A stretch of DNA of 64,000 nucleotides from an uncultured delta proteobacterium (GCA_963727445.1 CAVSGI010000002.1:64001-128000), one strand, 5' to 3'; shown: positions 28,641 through 39,112, counted from the stretch's first letter. The notes: generated by a model not told the origin, from the sequence alone. Program-made: numbers and translations.

Positions 28641-28674
28641 TTCAGATCTGAAACACCGAAATTTCAGATCTGAA
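28641..28674. promoter_or_regulatory. Two perfect palindromes TTCAGATCTGAA 22 bp apart (candidate enhancer/UAS)
   Basis: Copies at 28641-28652 and 28663-28674, centred about -130 and -152 from the predicted TSS. Confidence 0.55.
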
Positions 28675-28685
28675 ACGGCCGAATT

Positions 28686-29198
28686 CTACTTGATGACGCG
28701 CAGATACGGCGGCAGAGGCGTTGATCCTCGGCGTTTCTTGTCGCCGGAGCCGGGTCCGGAAGTTTTCCTTCGTTTGCCGGGATCGAGGGGCGTCAGGGGC
28801 GTCACCTCGGCCAGCTCCTCGGTGGGAGGCTGTGGCGCGCGCCGTCCCGCCTCTCGATCGACCTCCGCGGCGATCTCCGCGGGCAGGTCTTCGGGCCACA
28901 CCATCCCCCGGCCATCCTCACCCACCAGGGCGAAGACCGCCTTCCAGGGCACGACGCACGCATAAGGGGTGCGCGAAAAGCTCAGGGTCGCGAAGACCCC
29001 CTCCTCGTCGACCCGCAGATCCGGGATGGGGATCGGCAGATCCAGCCCGATCTGCAGCACGAGCTGGGGCTGTCGCGAGAGCCAGGCCGGCACCTGCACG
29101 CCCTCGAGACGCGGATCGAGGTGGACGAAAACGCTGCCACGAAGGAGCAGCCCTCGGGCTACGTCACGTTTGTCCGGAAGCTCCTCGAGATCCGCCAC
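28686..29198 (-). CDS. sspB: SspB-like ClpXP adaptor (stringent starvation protein B family)
   Basis: VHLDPR..GVQVP..LVLQIG...DLRVDEEGVFATLSFSR..CVVPWKAVFA; C-terminal PPYLRVIK resembling the ClpX-binding tail. Confidence 0.85.
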   Translation of the reverse strand: MADLEELPDKRDVARGLLLRGSVFVHLDPRLEGVQVPAWLSRQPQLVLQIGLDLPIPIPDLRVDEEGVFATLSFSRTPYACVVPWKAVFALVGEDGRGMVWPEDLPAEIAAEVDREAGRRAPQPPTEELAEVTPLTPLDPGKRRKTSGPGSGDKKRRGSTPLPPYLRVIK

Positions 29199-29314
29199 TG
29201 CCAGGTGTTAGCCCATCGGCGGGGGCCTCGCCAATTGCGCTGGGCGCACGCCGCCTCCCCGAGCAACTCACCCTGAACAAGCGTTTTCCCCGTGCGACGG
29301 GTAAGATCTGCCGA

Positions 29315-31252
29315 ATGCGCTGGCTCGCCGCTCTGATGGGGCTGCTCTTCGGCCTCTCCATCGCGGAGCCGGGCGAGGCCCAGTTCACGGACGTCTCGAG
29401 TGCCTCGCGCGTCGACATCAACGCGGCCAAAGATGGCGGCGCCACCTTCGGCGACCTGAATCACGACGGCTGGCTCGACCTCCTGGTGCACACCGACGGC
29501 CGGAGCTACTTGCTCATCAACGACGGTGGAAGCCCGCCGATCTTCACCGATCGCACCCCCGCCCTCGCGCCGCGACTCACGATGGTCCGCGCCGAGCGCT
29601 CGGCGATCATCGCGGACTTGACCAACGACGGCTACAACGACATCGCGCGCGACGATTACGACACCATCGAGATCTACGTGAACAGCGGCCCGCCGGACTT
29701 CACCTTCGGCGATCCCGCCTACCTCGCCGACGACACCACCGACCCGGACATCAACGGAGAGGGCATCGCGGTCATCGACTACGACCGCGATGGGTGGCTC
29801 GACCTCTTCGTCGAGGACAACGGACCGCAGATCTTCGACAACCCGAGGGACGGTACGGTGGAGATCACCCGCCTGGACCCGACGATGCTCGGACTCCCCG
29901 ACGGGCGCGCGCTCGGGACGAACGGAGACTACGTCGCGGCGGTCGATTTCGACGTCGATGGCTGGGTCGATCTCGCCTATCGCGACGTCGACCTGCCCAC
30001 CCTCTTCACGAACGGCGGCGATGGGACCTTCGCCGCCGTCGAGAGCCCCGTCCTCAGCGCCGATCGAAAAGGCGGCATCATCCTCTGCGACTTCGATCAG
30101 AACGGCCTCTTCGATCTCTTCTTCACGGGCGGCGCCGGCGAGGGCCGCAATCGCATTTTCCTGCAGACCACCGCCCGAACGTTCGTCGCGAGCACCGACC
30201 CGGCCCCCGACGGCGATGTGCGGAGCGCGGCCTGCGGTGACGTCGACAACGACGGCGACCTCGACCTCTACCTCGCCGTCGACGGCGACAACCCCCTCTA
30301 CATCAACCAACTGGTGGAGACCGGCAGCTTCTCCTTCTCGGAGCAGGACCTCGGCGCAGGCGCCGGCAACAACAGCGAGTGTCCCCTCTTCGCCGACTAC
30401 GACAACGACGGCGACCTCGACCTCTACGTCAACCAGACGGGCGACGTCTATCAAGACACCTCGGTGACCCCGTCTCGCACCATTCGCGACCCCGCGCCGA
30501 ACGTGCTGTTGCGCAACGACACCGACGGGCAGAGCTATTTGATGGTGGAGGTGCTGACGGCGCTCGAGGGGACGTGCCCGCCGGCGCTCCGGAGTGACAT
30601 CGGCGCGGTCGCCCACCTGGCCGGCCCGATGGGATACGAGAGCGGCGTGCGCGACGTCAACGGCGGCCAGAGCCATGGGAGCCAGGGCTCGCCGCGCATG
30701 CACTTCGGTCTCGCAAGCGTGGGCCCCGACAACGACTACGACCTCACGGTGCGCTTCACCGACGACGCCTACCCGGAGGTCACCCTCTCCGTACACCCGT
30801 CGGAGCTCGGCCCCTACCAGCTCCTCCGCGTCGACGCGACCGACATCGACGGAGACGGCATCCTCACGACCACCGAGATCGCCCAAGCGGGCGCGACGCC
30901 CGATCTGGACGGCGACGGCGTCCCCAACTGGAACGACACCGATGCCGACGGCGACGGGATCCTGGATGCCGACGAGGCGGGCGACGCGGACCTGTGCACC
31001 GATCCCGTCGATGCCGACGGCTCCGGCACGCCGGATTACCTCGAAGCTTCGGTGGCGCCGGGCGATGCGGGCGTGGATGGCGGCGACGCCGCTGTGGGCG
31101 CCGACGCCGCTGTGGGCAACGCGTTTCAGGCACACGGCAGCGGCTGCCTGCGATGCGCCGCCGGCGGCGACGGCGACGACGACGCCCGCTCGCTGGTGTT
31201 CGTCGCCGTGCTCCTGACCTCGCTCGCCGCCCGCCGCCGACGCGCGCGATGA
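29315..31252 (+). CDS. Secreted FG-GAP/VCBS repeat (CRTAC1/ASPIC-like) protein with MYXO-CTERM-like tail
   Basis: Signal peptide; multiple DxDxDGxxDL repeats; GSQ..RMHFGL; GSGCLRC..TM..RRRR C-terminus. Confidence 0.85.
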   Translation: MRWLAALMGLLFGLSIAEPGEAQFTDVSSASRVDINAAKDGGATFGDLNHDGWLDLLVHTDGRSYLLINDGGSPPIFTDRTPALAPRLTMVRAERSAIIADLTNDGYNDIARDDYDTIEIYVNSGPPDFTFGDPAYLADDTTDPDINGEGIAVIDYDRDGWLDLFVEDNGPQIFDNPRDGTVEITRLDPTMLGLPDGRALGTNGDYVAAVDFDVDGWVDLAYRDVDLPTLFTNGGDGTFAAVESPVLSADRKGGIILCDFDQNGLFDLFFTGGAGEGRNRIFLQTTARTFVASTDPAPDGDVRSAACGDVDNDGDLDLYLAVDGDNPLYINQLVETGSFSFSEQDLGAGAGNNSECPLFADYDNDGDLDLYVNQTGDVYQDTSVTPSRTIRDPAPNVLLRNDTDGQSYLMVEVLTALEGTCPPALRSDIGAVAHLAGPMGYESGVRDVNGGQSHGSQGSPRMHFGLASVGPDNDYDLTVRFTDDAYPEVTLSVHPSELGPYQLLRVDATDIDGDGILTTTEIAQAGATPDLDGDGVPNWNDTDADGDGILDADEAGDADLCTDPVDADGSGTPDYLEASVAPGDAGVDGGDAAVGADAAVGNAFQAHGSGCLRCAAGGDGDDDARSLVFVAVLLTSLAARRRRAR

Positions 31253-31267
31253 TAGCCTGACGCTCCG

Positions 31268-32650
31268 ATGGCCAAGCGAGAGCGGCGCGCCCTACCGATC
31301 CTGGTGGTCGGAGCCGTGGTCCTGATCATCGGCCTTCTGTCGCTATCGCCCTGCCAGACGCCGTCCACACGGCCGTCCGACGCGATCGGCAGGGCCCCGT
31401 CGCCGTCAACCCCTCGGACCTTCACCGGGGCTTCGCCGCACGAAGGCCTCGCCGTCGAGACGATGCTCGAAGACCCGACGGGTCACGCCCTCGATCGTTT
31501 CCACCAGGCGCTGCGCCGCGCCGAGCGGGGTGAAGGCAAGGCGCGGGTGCTCTTCTACGGTGCGTCCCACACGGCGGCGGATCATCTGCCTGGGCACGTG
31601 CGCGAGAGGCTTCAAGCGCGCTTCGGTGACGGCGGGCGCGGGTTCACCCTGCCGGCGCCGCCGAGCGCCGAGTACGATTACTGGCAGTGGGGCGCGACCA
31701 TCGACGACGGCGAAGGCTGGACGCGGGTGCGCCTCGGCCTCGAACGAGGGGAGCCCGACTACTACGGCATCGCCGGGATCTACTTCGACTCCGAAGGTCG
31801 CGACGCCGTCGCCCACGTGTCCACCGCGGAGTCAGGCGTCGGTTCGGTGGCGGACGTGATCGAGGTTCTCTACATGGGCTTTGCCGGCGGCGGCGAGTTG
31901 GTGATCTCCATCGACGGAGTTGAGAGGGCACGGATCGACACCGACGCACCCGAGGTCGTCGCCGGTCGTTCCATCTTCCACGTCGAAGAGGGCGGCCACA
32001 CCGTCGAGCTCCACGCCATCGCGGGCGCGCCGGTGCGCATCTACGGGGTCGTCCTCGAGCGCTCGGGTCCAGGTGTGGTGGTGGACGACGTCGCGCTCAC
32101 GGGCTCACGGGCTCGCTACCACGAGAAGTGGCTCGAGCCGATCTACGGAGAGCACCTGCGCATGCGGGCGCCCGACCTCCTGGTCCTCTGGTACGGCGGC
32201 AACGAAGGCAACGACCTGCCGTACCCCGCGGATCAGACCTCGCGCGAGATCCGCCACGCCCTGGGCAAGCTGCTCGCGGCCTCCGGGCCCCGCGAAGCAG
32301 GGCTCGACAAGCCCTCCTGTATCCTGCTCGGGGCCGGCGACAAGCCGCTGAACCGCGATGGCGTCTGGGTGCATCGCGAGCGCACCGAAGCCATCAACCG
32401 CGCCATGCGCACCATCGCCTTCGCTCATGGCTGCGCCTTCTTCGACACCGTCCACTTCATGGGCGGCCCCCTGTCGATGCTCCGTTGGGTGACGGCCGAT
32501 CCCACCCTGGCGCGCGACGACTACATCCACTTCTCGGCGCTCGGATACGAGCTCCTCGCCGACGACCTGCTCTTCGAGCTCCTCGTCGGCTACGAGCTCA
32601 GCGCTCCAGACGGCGCTGCAGAAGCCGCGCGTGCCGAACCGCTTCCGTGA
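31268..32650 (+). CDS. SGNH/GDSL hydrolase-fold periplasmic protein (PatB-like O-acetyltransferase/esterase)
   Basis: N-terminal TM; YGASH, LQARFGDGGRGF, YGGNE, DYIHFS. Confidence 0.8.
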   Translation: MAKRERRALPILVVGAVVLIIGLLSLSPCQTPSTRPSDAIGRAPSPSTPRTFTGASPHEGLAVETMLEDPTGHALDRFHQALRRAERGEGKARVLFYGASHTAADHLPGHVRERLQARFGDGGRGFTLPAPPSAEYDYWQWGATIDDGEGWTRVRLGLERGEPDYYGIAGIYFDSEGRDAVAHVSTAESGVGSVADVIEVLYMGFAGGGELVISIDGVERARIDTDAPEVVAGRSIFHVEEGGHTVELHAIAGAPVRIYGVVLERSGPGVVVDDVALTGSRARYHEKWLEPIYGEHLRMRAPDLLVLWYGGNEGNDLPYPADQTSREIRHALGKLLAASGPREAGLDKPSCILLGAGDKPLNRDGVWVHRERTEAINRAMRTIAFAHGCAFFDTVHFMGGPLSMLRWVTADPTLARDDYIHFSALGYELLADDLLFELLVGYELSAPDGAAEAARAEPLP

Positions 32651-32894
32651 GCCCCGAGCCGGCGTCCCTTGGCGAACTCCTGCTCGGCCTCGAGCCGCGC
32701 GCGCTTCTCACTCACCGGCGGCGGGATGGAGCGCCCCACCGCCCGAGCGATCTTCATCGCGAGTGCCGACGATCTCCAAGATGCCCGTCACGCGCGTTCG
32801 CCACAGCTCGAGGAAGAGCGCAGCGACGTCCCCCACCGTTTCCATCATCGATGAGGATACACGCGACGCAGCCGCCCGCGGACCCCCAGAGCGG

Positions 32895-33452
32895 CTACTC
32901 GTTCGAGACGGACGCGAGCGAGTCGAGCACGGCGATGACCTCCTGCGCGTGCACTGCGGGATCGACCTCGGTGAACGTGCGGCGGATGACACCGCTGCCG
33001 TCGATGATGAATGTCATGCGGGACAGCAAACCGAAGGTCGACGGCACGCCGTAGCTCTCGGCGATCTTCCCGTCGGTGTCCGCGAGCAGCGGAAAGGTGA
33101 GCTCGTGATCTTCGGCGAAGGCGGCGTGGCTCTCGACGTCGTCGGTGGAGACACCGATCACCTGGCCGCCCGCTTCCTCGATGCGATCCCAGGCGTCGCG
33201 GAAGGCGCAGGCCTCGGCGGTGCAACCCGGCGTCGCGTCCCGCGGGTAGAAGTAGAGCACCACCGCTTTTCCTCGAAAGTCGGCGAGGCTGCGCGTCTGC
33301 CCGGTCTGATCCGGGGCCGAGAACTGCGGCGCTCGGACGCCGGCGCTCAGAGGCCCGTCGGGCTCGGCGCTGCGTTCCGGCCCCTCGTCGGCGGCCCCAC
33401 ACGCGGAGATGGGCAGGAGGAGGCCGAGGAGCAAGACGAAGAGACGGATCAT
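32895..33452 (-). CDS. bcp: BCP/PrxQ peroxiredoxin with lipoprotein signal
   Basis: VVLYFYPRDATPGCTAEACAFRD; N-terminal MIRLFVLLLGLLLPISA-C. Confidence 0.92.
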   Translation of the reverse strand: MIRLFVLLLGLLLPISACGAADEGPERSAEPDGPLSAGVRAPQFSAPDQTGQTRSLADFRGKAVVLYFYPRDATPGCTAEACAFRDAWDRIEEAGGQVIGVSTDDVESHAAFAEDHELTFPLLADTDGKIAESYGVPSTFGLLSRMTFIIDGSGVIRRTFTEVDPAVHAQEVIAVLDSLASVSNE

Positions 33453-33613
33453 CGTGGAGGGTAGATGGGGACGCCGCCCAGGCGTGTAAAGCCGGAATCG
33501 GAACACCCCATGCGCCAGATCGGCGCAGAGAGTGCTCCGTGGAACACGCAGTGCTCCGCGGAGGCCTCTGAGATTGCACGACTTTTCAGGCATCATCACA
33601 CCCGTGTGGCGGA

Positions 33614-35317
33614 ATGGATCGTGCTCCACCTCTCCACATGGCCCTCGCCCCCACCCGCGGCCTCCTCCCGCTGCTCCCGATCCTCGCCCTGACGGCGGGA
33701 TGCAACGGCGTCATCGGGGACGCCGGTGAGCCACCCGGAGGCGGACCGCACATCACCGACCCCACCGACCCCGCCTACTGCGAACAGGCGACGATCGCCC
33801 CCGGACACGTGACGCTGCGGCGACTGAACCGGGTCGAGTACAACAACACCGTCCGAGACCTCCTCGGCACGACCAGCCAGCCCGCCGACGACTTCCCCGA
33901 GGACGACGAGTCCGGCGACGGCTTCGACAACAATGGAAGCATCCTGAGCATCGGCAGCCTGCTGATGGAGAAGTACGACGCCGCCGCGCAGGCGCTGAGC
34001 GCCGAGGCCTTCACCGCCGGCTCTGCGGCCGAGAGCCGCTATCTCGATTGCGACACCGCGGCGCTCGGCGAGACGGAATGCGCGCGCGACTTCGCACAGC
34101 GCTTCGGCCTCAGGGCCTTTCGCCGGCCGCCGACCACCGAAGAAGTGGATCGAATGGTGGCCGTCTACGAGGGCGCGAAGGCCGAGGGGGAGAGTCACGA
34201 CCAGGCCCTCGCGCTCACCATGCGCGCCATCCTCCTGTCGCCCAGCTTCGTCTTCCGCGTCGAGGTCGGCGGCGAGTCGGCGGAGGTGAACCGCCTGAGC
34301 GACTACGAGCTCGCCTCGCGCCTCAGCTACTTCCTCTGGAGCAGCATGCCGGACGACGAGCTCTTCACCCTGGCCGATCAAGGCCTGTTGCAGGACGAAG
34401 AGGAGATCCGGGTCCAGGTCGACCGCATGCTCTCCGATCCCAAGGCGGACGCCTTCTACGAGAACTTCGCGGGCCAGTGGCTTCAGCTCCGCCGCTTCGA
34501 GTATGCGACGCCGAACGCCGAGCTCTTCCCGGAGTTCGACTCCCAGCTTCGCGACGCGATGCGGCAGGAGACGCTGCTCTTCGTGCGCCACGTGGTGGAG
34601 AGCAACGCGCCCGTCTCGACGCTGCTCCAGGCAGACTTCACCTACCTGAACGAGCGATTGGCGAACCACTACGGCATCGATGGCATCAGCGGCGACGAGT
34701 TCCAGTTCGTGCCCCTCACCACCGAGCAGCGCGGCGGCATCCTGACCCAGGGCGCCATCCTCACCACCACCTCCCACCCCGACCGCACCTCTCCGGTGCG
34801 TCGCGGCGAGTGGGTGCTCGACAACCTGCTCTGCGCGCCGCCCCCCGATCCGCCGGCGGACGTCGACACCTTCATCGAGGCCGACTCGTCCGAGGGCCAG
34901 AGCCTTCGCGACAAGCTCGAGCAACACCGCGCCGATCCGGTCTGCGCCTCCTGCCACGACCTGATGGATCCCATCGGCTTCGGCATGGAGAACTTCGACC
35001 CCATCGGGCGCTTCCGCAGCGAGGACAGCGCCGGCAACCCCATCGACGCGACCGGGACGCTCCCGGACGGCACGGACTTCGACGGCGTCGCCGAGCTCAG
35101 CGGCATCCTCCACGAGGACGAGCGCTACGTGACCTGCGTGACCGAGAAGGTCCTGACCTTCGCCCTCGGCCGCAGCCTCGGGACCGCCGACCGGTGCTTC
35201 GTCGAGCAGATCGTCGAGGCGGCGAACGAGGTCGACACGCCGCTCAGGGAGATCGTCCTACAGGTCGCCATCAACGAAGTCTTCCGCTCGGCCGGCGGAC
35301 GCACGGAGGCGCCATGA
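33614..35317 (+). CDS. DUF1587/1595/1592/1588/1585 domain protein
   Basis: LRRLNRVEYNNTVRDLLG, AFRRP, YELASRLSYFLWSSMPD, TSPVRRG, HRADPVCASCH..MDPIGFGMENFD. Confidence 0.9.
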   Translation: MDRAPPLHMALAPTRGLLPLLPILALTAGCNGVIGDAGEPPGGGPHITDPTDPAYCEQATIAPGHVTLRRLNRVEYNNTVRDLLGTTSQPADDFPEDDESGDGFDNNGSILSIGSLLMEKYDAAAQALSAEAFTAGSAAESRYLDCDTAALGETECARDFAQRFGLRAFRRPPTTEEVDRMVAVYEGAKAEGESHDQALALTMRAILLSPSFVFRVEVGGESAEVNRLSDYELASRLSYFLWSSMPDDELFTLADQGLLQDEEEIRVQVDRMLSDPKADAFYENFAGQWLQLRRFEYATPNAELFPEFDSQLRDAMRQETLLFVRHVVESNAPVSTLLQADFTYLNERLANHYGIDGISGDEFQFVPLTTEQRGGILTQGAILTTTSHPDRTSPVRRGEWVLDNLLCAPPPDPPADVDTFIEADSSEGQSLRDKLEQHRADPVCASCHDLMDPIGFGMENFDPIGRFRSEDSAGNPIDATGTLPDGTDFDGVAELSGILHEDERYVTCVTEKVLTFALGRSLGTADRCFVEQIVEAANEVDTPLREIVLQVAINEVFRSAGGRTEAP

Positions 35318-36732
35318 GCAAGAAGAGCTGGCATCTCTCGCGGCGCATGTTCCTCGGCGGAGCCGGGGCCACCATCGCCCTCCCCTTCTTCGAATCCATG
35401 ATCCCGTGGCGCGAGCGACAGCGGGCCCGGGCCGCGACCGACACCGGCGTGCGCCTGGCGTTCATCTACGTGCCCAACGGCATGATCCGCACGCAGCTCA
35501 AGCCGGCGGAGATCGGTGCGGGCTACACGCTCCCACCCGGGCTGTCGTCTCTGGCCGACCTTCAGAACGACTTCTGCATCCTCTCCGGCCTCTCCAACAA
35601 GGTCGGCGGCGGCTCCTACACCTATCCGGACGGCACCGTCTCGAGCGACGGTCCCGGAGATCACGCGCGCGACACCGGCACCTACCTGACCTGCGCTCGG
35701 CTGAAGAAGACCGACGGCGACGACATCCAGAACGGCATCAGCGTCGACCAGGTCGCGGCGAACGCGCTGCGAGAGTTCACGCCCGAGATCCCGTCCCTGG
35801 AGCTCGCGACGAAGGAAGGGAGCTACGGCGGCGACTCGGGCTACGCGCCGATCTACAAGAGCAACATCTCCTGGGCCAACGAGACCACGCCCATGCCGAA
35901 GGAGACCAGCCCTTCGGCGGTCTTCGACCGCCTCTTCGCCGGGGTCGACCCGGAAGCCAGCGCCGCCGAGATCGAGAGGCGCAAGCGCCTCGATCAGAGC
36001 GTCATCGACTACTGTCTCGACGACGTGAACCGCCTCGAGCGTCTCCTCGGCGCGAACGACCAGCGCAAGCTCGACGAATACCTCACCGGCGTCCGGCAGC
36101 TCGAGGTCCGTATCGACAACGCCGGCGGCGGCCTCGCCTGCACCCCCGGGACCCGCCCCGGTGACCCCGACGACTTCCGCCAGAAGGTCGACCTCTTCTA
36201 CGACCTCATCACCCTCGCCTTCCAGTGCGACCGGACGCGCGTGGTCAGCTTGATCCTTCAGAAGAGCAACAGCGTCTACGACTTCGTGACCGTCGACGGC
36301 ACGCCCATCTCCAACAACCACCACCAGATCTCGCATCTCGACAACGGCATGGCCGACGCCCGCAAGATCATGGCCATCAACGAGTGGCAGATGCAGTCCT
36401 TCGGCAACCTCCTGCGGCGCCTCCAGAGCGTGACCGAAGCCGACGGCGCGACCCTGCTCGACAACTCGCTGATCCTCTTCGGCGGCGGCCTCGACGCCAC
36501 CGGGGACCGTGACGGTGACTTCCAGCCGGACGCCTCCGGCCCGGTCCACCGTCACACCAACCTCCCGCTCTTCCTCGGCGGCAAGGGCGGCGGGATGGTC
36601 GAGTCGGGTCGCCACATCCAGTGGAACGACGACGAGCCCGTCGCCGATCTCTACATCTCGATGTTGGAGGCCGCGGGCGTCACCGTGCCGAGCTTCGGGC
36701 TCGAGGGAACCGGGCCCATCTCGCAGCTCTGA
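35314..36732 (+). CDS. DUF1552 (HxxSH) Tat-exported protein
   Basis: ATG 35314; SRRMFLGGAG..LPFFESM; ISVDQVAA; HHQISH; TLLDNSL. Confidence 0.9.
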   Translation: MSKKSWHLSRRMFLGGAGATIALPFFESMIPWRERQRARAATDTGVRLAFIYVPNGMIRTQLKPAEIGAGYTLPPGLSSLADLQNDFCILSGLSNKVGGGSYTYPDGTVSSDGPGDHARDTGTYLTCARLKKTDGDDIQNGISVDQVAANALREFTPEIPSLELATKEGSYGGDSGYAPIYKSNISWANETTPMPKETSPSAVFDRLFAGVDPEASAAEIERRKRLDQSVIDYCLDDVNRLERLLGANDQRKLDEYLTGVRQLEVRIDNAGGGLACTPGTRPGDPDDFRQKVDLFYDLITLAFQCDRTRVVSLILQKSNSVYDFVTVDGTPISNNHHQISHLDNGMADARKIMAINEWQMQSFGNLLRRLQSVTEADGATLLDNSLILFGGGLDATGDRDGDFQPDASGPVHRHTNLPLFLGGKGGGMVESGRHIQWNDDEPVADLYISMLEAAGVTVPSFGLEGTGPISQL

Positions 36733-36744
36733 GGCGGCCGGGCG

Positions 36745-37380
36745 TCAGCCCTCTTCGCGGGCCAACGCCTCGAAGATGGCGTCCACCAGCCAGTGAAGAT
36801 GCGCCGCACGCTCTTCGAGAGCCTCGTCGCTCATCAGCGAAGGATGCCCCTCGCGCGAAAGCACCCGCGCGTGGCTGAAGTAGTGATTGATGGCGCCCGT
36901 CACCGAGGCGTAGCAGTGGAGCACCGAACGATGTCCCGTCAGGGGCACGACGCTCTTCAGCTCCGCCTCCAGCCACTCGATGAGTGGATTCACGCTCTTC
37001 CGAATGTTCTCCGCGTGTGGCGAGTCGCTCGCGATGACGCTCATCACCAGCGTGAGGTAGCCACGATTCTCGATGAGGGAGCGGTGGTAGACGTCCACTA
37101 CGCGATGCATCCGTTCGCGTGGATCGGCCTCTCCTGCGACCGCCTTGGCGAAGAGCACCCGCTGGCGCTCGTAGTAATTGTCGAGCACCGCGTCGAAGAG
37201 GCGCTCCTTGCTGCCGAAGTGATAGAAGACGGCCGCCTTGGTGACTCCGGCCCTGGCGGCGATGCTCGCTACGCTCGTGCCCTCGAACCCGGTCGTGCAG
37301 AAGAGCGCCTCGGCGGCGTCGAGTATCGCCTGGCGCGGCGGCGGGGGTGCGGGCTCCGAAGGGGGAGTGGTCTCGATCAT
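36745..37380 (-). CDS. TetR/AcrR-family regulator
   Basis: ILDAAEALF..GFEGTSVASIAARAGVTKAAVFYHFGSKE. Confidence 0.93.
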   Translation of the reverse strand: MIETTPPSEPAPPPPRQAILDAAEALFCTTGFEGTSVASIAARAGVTKAAVFYHFGSKERLFDAVLDNYYERQRVLFAKAVAGEADPRERMHRVVDVYHRSLIENRGYLTLVMSVIASDSPHAENIRKSVNPLIEWLEAELKSVVPLTGHRSVLHCYASVTGAINHYFSHARVLSREGHPSLMSDEALEERAAHLHWLVDAIFEALAREEG

Positions 37381-37393
37381 GACCTCTGAGCCA

Positions 37394-39112
37394 TTATAAC
37401 GCGGCCTCCGCCTGCCGTATCGCCCCTTCCGCAGCTCGGTCGCGCGTGGCGTGCACTTCGGGCTCGTAGGCAGAGTGGAAGAAGCGCCAGCTCCAACTCA
37501 TCGGCACCGGCCCGGTGCGATACACCTCGAGATCCTCGTCGCCGTGGCGATAGTCGACCATGTAGTACTCGTCCCATTGGCGAAACCCGTGGCCCTGCGC
37601 GAGGCGGGCGACGTCCTGGGGCGTCAGCGAATCCAACAGGCCGATGAGCACCGCGCCGTCGTGTCCCGGGGGCGCGTGTGGCTGGCTCATCGCCCGCCAA
37701 TTCGCGGGGATCTGGGTACGATCGAGGGTGGCGTCGAAGCGCGGCTCGGTCTGCCGCGACGCCAGGCTCCGGTCCACGTAGACCGCGGTCGTGCGGTTGG
37801 TCCAGGAGCGGACCTTCTTCGCGAAGCGGATCTCGCCGCGACCGGAGTCGAAAGTCGACGGTCGGTTCTGGCGCACGTCGCTCACGAACCACATCGAGCC
37901 CCCTACCCAGCGTGCCGACGGCGCCATGGTGGCGGTGCGTTCGCCCAGGACGCCCAGGGCGATCACCGCGACCCCCAACGCCAGGGTGCCGACCGCTGAA
38001 GCGCGGAGGCGGGAGCGCTCTCGCACCGCGCGGTGGAAGAGCCCGACGATCACGTCCGCGCAAGCGATGGCGACGAAAGGCAGGGTCGTCCAGAGCCAAT
38101 AGCTGTGAACCACCGCGCTCGAGCGAAAGACCCAGTAGTGGGTGAGCCCGCCGATGCAGAAGACCATCGGGATCAGGTCGCGAGCCAGCGTGCGCCGGCG
38201 CACGAGACGAACGAAGAAGCGGATCAGCCACAGCGCGGTGAGCGCGAGGATGGGCCAGGTGAACATCATCGGCGGAACGTGGGTGACGTTGCGAAGGAAG
38301 CGTCCGGCGTCGGCGCCCTGCCGCTCGGCGAACGTCGCCAGCAGATCGTCGATGCCGCCGGTGGCCCAGACGCAGACCGCGATGAACCACGCGAGCTGGA
38401 AGAGCACCCAGAAGGAGAAGATGGTGAGCTTGCCCAGATCTCGATACCAGGGCAGCCCCGTCGCGGCGCCGTTCTTCAGGGACGTGTACGCCCAGTGGAG
38501 CGCCATCAGGAAGGCGAGGTAATACGCAGGCCAATCCCAGGCGGCGGCCATCGCGAAGGTGCCGAGCACCGCGGCGAATCGCCAGCGTGTGGGCTCCTCT
38601 CTGAGCCGGATGTAGTGGTAGAGGCACAAGAGGCCCCACCCGATGAAGCCGGAAGAGTGGTTCGCCATGTTGAGGTAGATGGCGTTGATCGGTAAGAGCA
38701 CGTAGATCGCCCCGGCGACCACGCCATGCGCTCGCGACCAGAGCCGGCCGACGACGAAGATCAGAGCCGCGGCCGCGAAGAGCGCGTGCACCGCCGCGAC
38801 GCCGCGGATCGAGCCGGGTCGATCGCCGAAGAGCCAAACGAACGCGACGTTGTGCCAGTGCATCGCCAGCGGATGGTGCGTGTAGGCCTCACGGCGAGGC
38901 GGCGGCGTGGGCGCGGTGTGGTACTGGTGCGGCAAGAGCCGGTGGAAGCGGATGGAGTTTCGCGCGGCGAGAAGGTACGCGCCGGAGTTGAACCCGTTGT
39001 GGCCACGGGTCAGGTCGTCCATCGAGCCCGCGCTCCCGAGCAGCGCCTGGAGCATGAGCACGAAGGCGATCCCGACGGCCGCCGCCATGCTCCTCACGTC
39101 GTCGTGGCTCAC
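37394..39112 (-). CDS. Polytopic GT-C fold glycosyltransferase (ArnT/PMT family 39-like)
   Basis: Many TM helices; periplasmic loop YTHHPL resembling ArnT-type Y.xHPPL. Confidence 0.65.
   Translation of the reverse strand: MSHDDVRSMAAAVGIAFVLMLQALLGSAGSMDDLTRGHNGFNSGAYLLAARNSIRFHRLLPHQYHTAPTPPPRREAYTHHPLAMHWHNVAFVWLFGDRPGSIRGVAAVHALFAAAALIFVVGRLWSRAHGVVAGAIYVLLPINAIYLNMANHSSGFIGWGLLCLYHYIRLREEPTRWRFAAVLGTFAMAAAWDWPAYYLAFLMALHWAYTSLKNGAATGLPWYRDLGKLTIFSFWVLFQLAWFIAVCVWATGGIDDLLATFAERQGADAGRFLRNVTHVPPMMFTWPILALTALWLIRFFVRLVRRRTLARDLIPMVFCIGGLTHYWVFRSSAVVHSYWLWTTLPFVAIACADVIVGLFHRAVRERSRLRASAVGTLALGVAVIALGVLGERTATMAPSARWVGGSMWFVSDVRQNRPSTFDSGRGEIRFAKKVRSWTNRTTAVYVDRSLASRQTEPRFDATLDRTQIPANWRAMSQPHAPPGHDGAVLIGLLDSLTPQDVARLAQGHGFRQWDEYYMVDYRHGDEDLEVYRTGPVPMSWSWRFFHSAYEPEVHATRDRAAEGAIRQAEAAL

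Noticed and set aside
17312..29198. clpP and sspB as a dedicated proteolysis locus
   Set aside because: They are 11 kb apart, on opposite strands, separated by unrelated genes, with no clpX.
32708..32848. Short ORF MMETVGDVAALFLELWRTRVTGILEIV resembling a DUF4388-type N-terminus
   Set aside because: Only 46 codons; the similarity is too weak to support without a profile search.
33614..36732. DUF1592/DUF1552 pair as part of the electron-transfer system
   Set aside because: It has a single CxxCH, lies 18 kb away, and this pair is a common multi-copy module in myxobacteria and planctomycetes.
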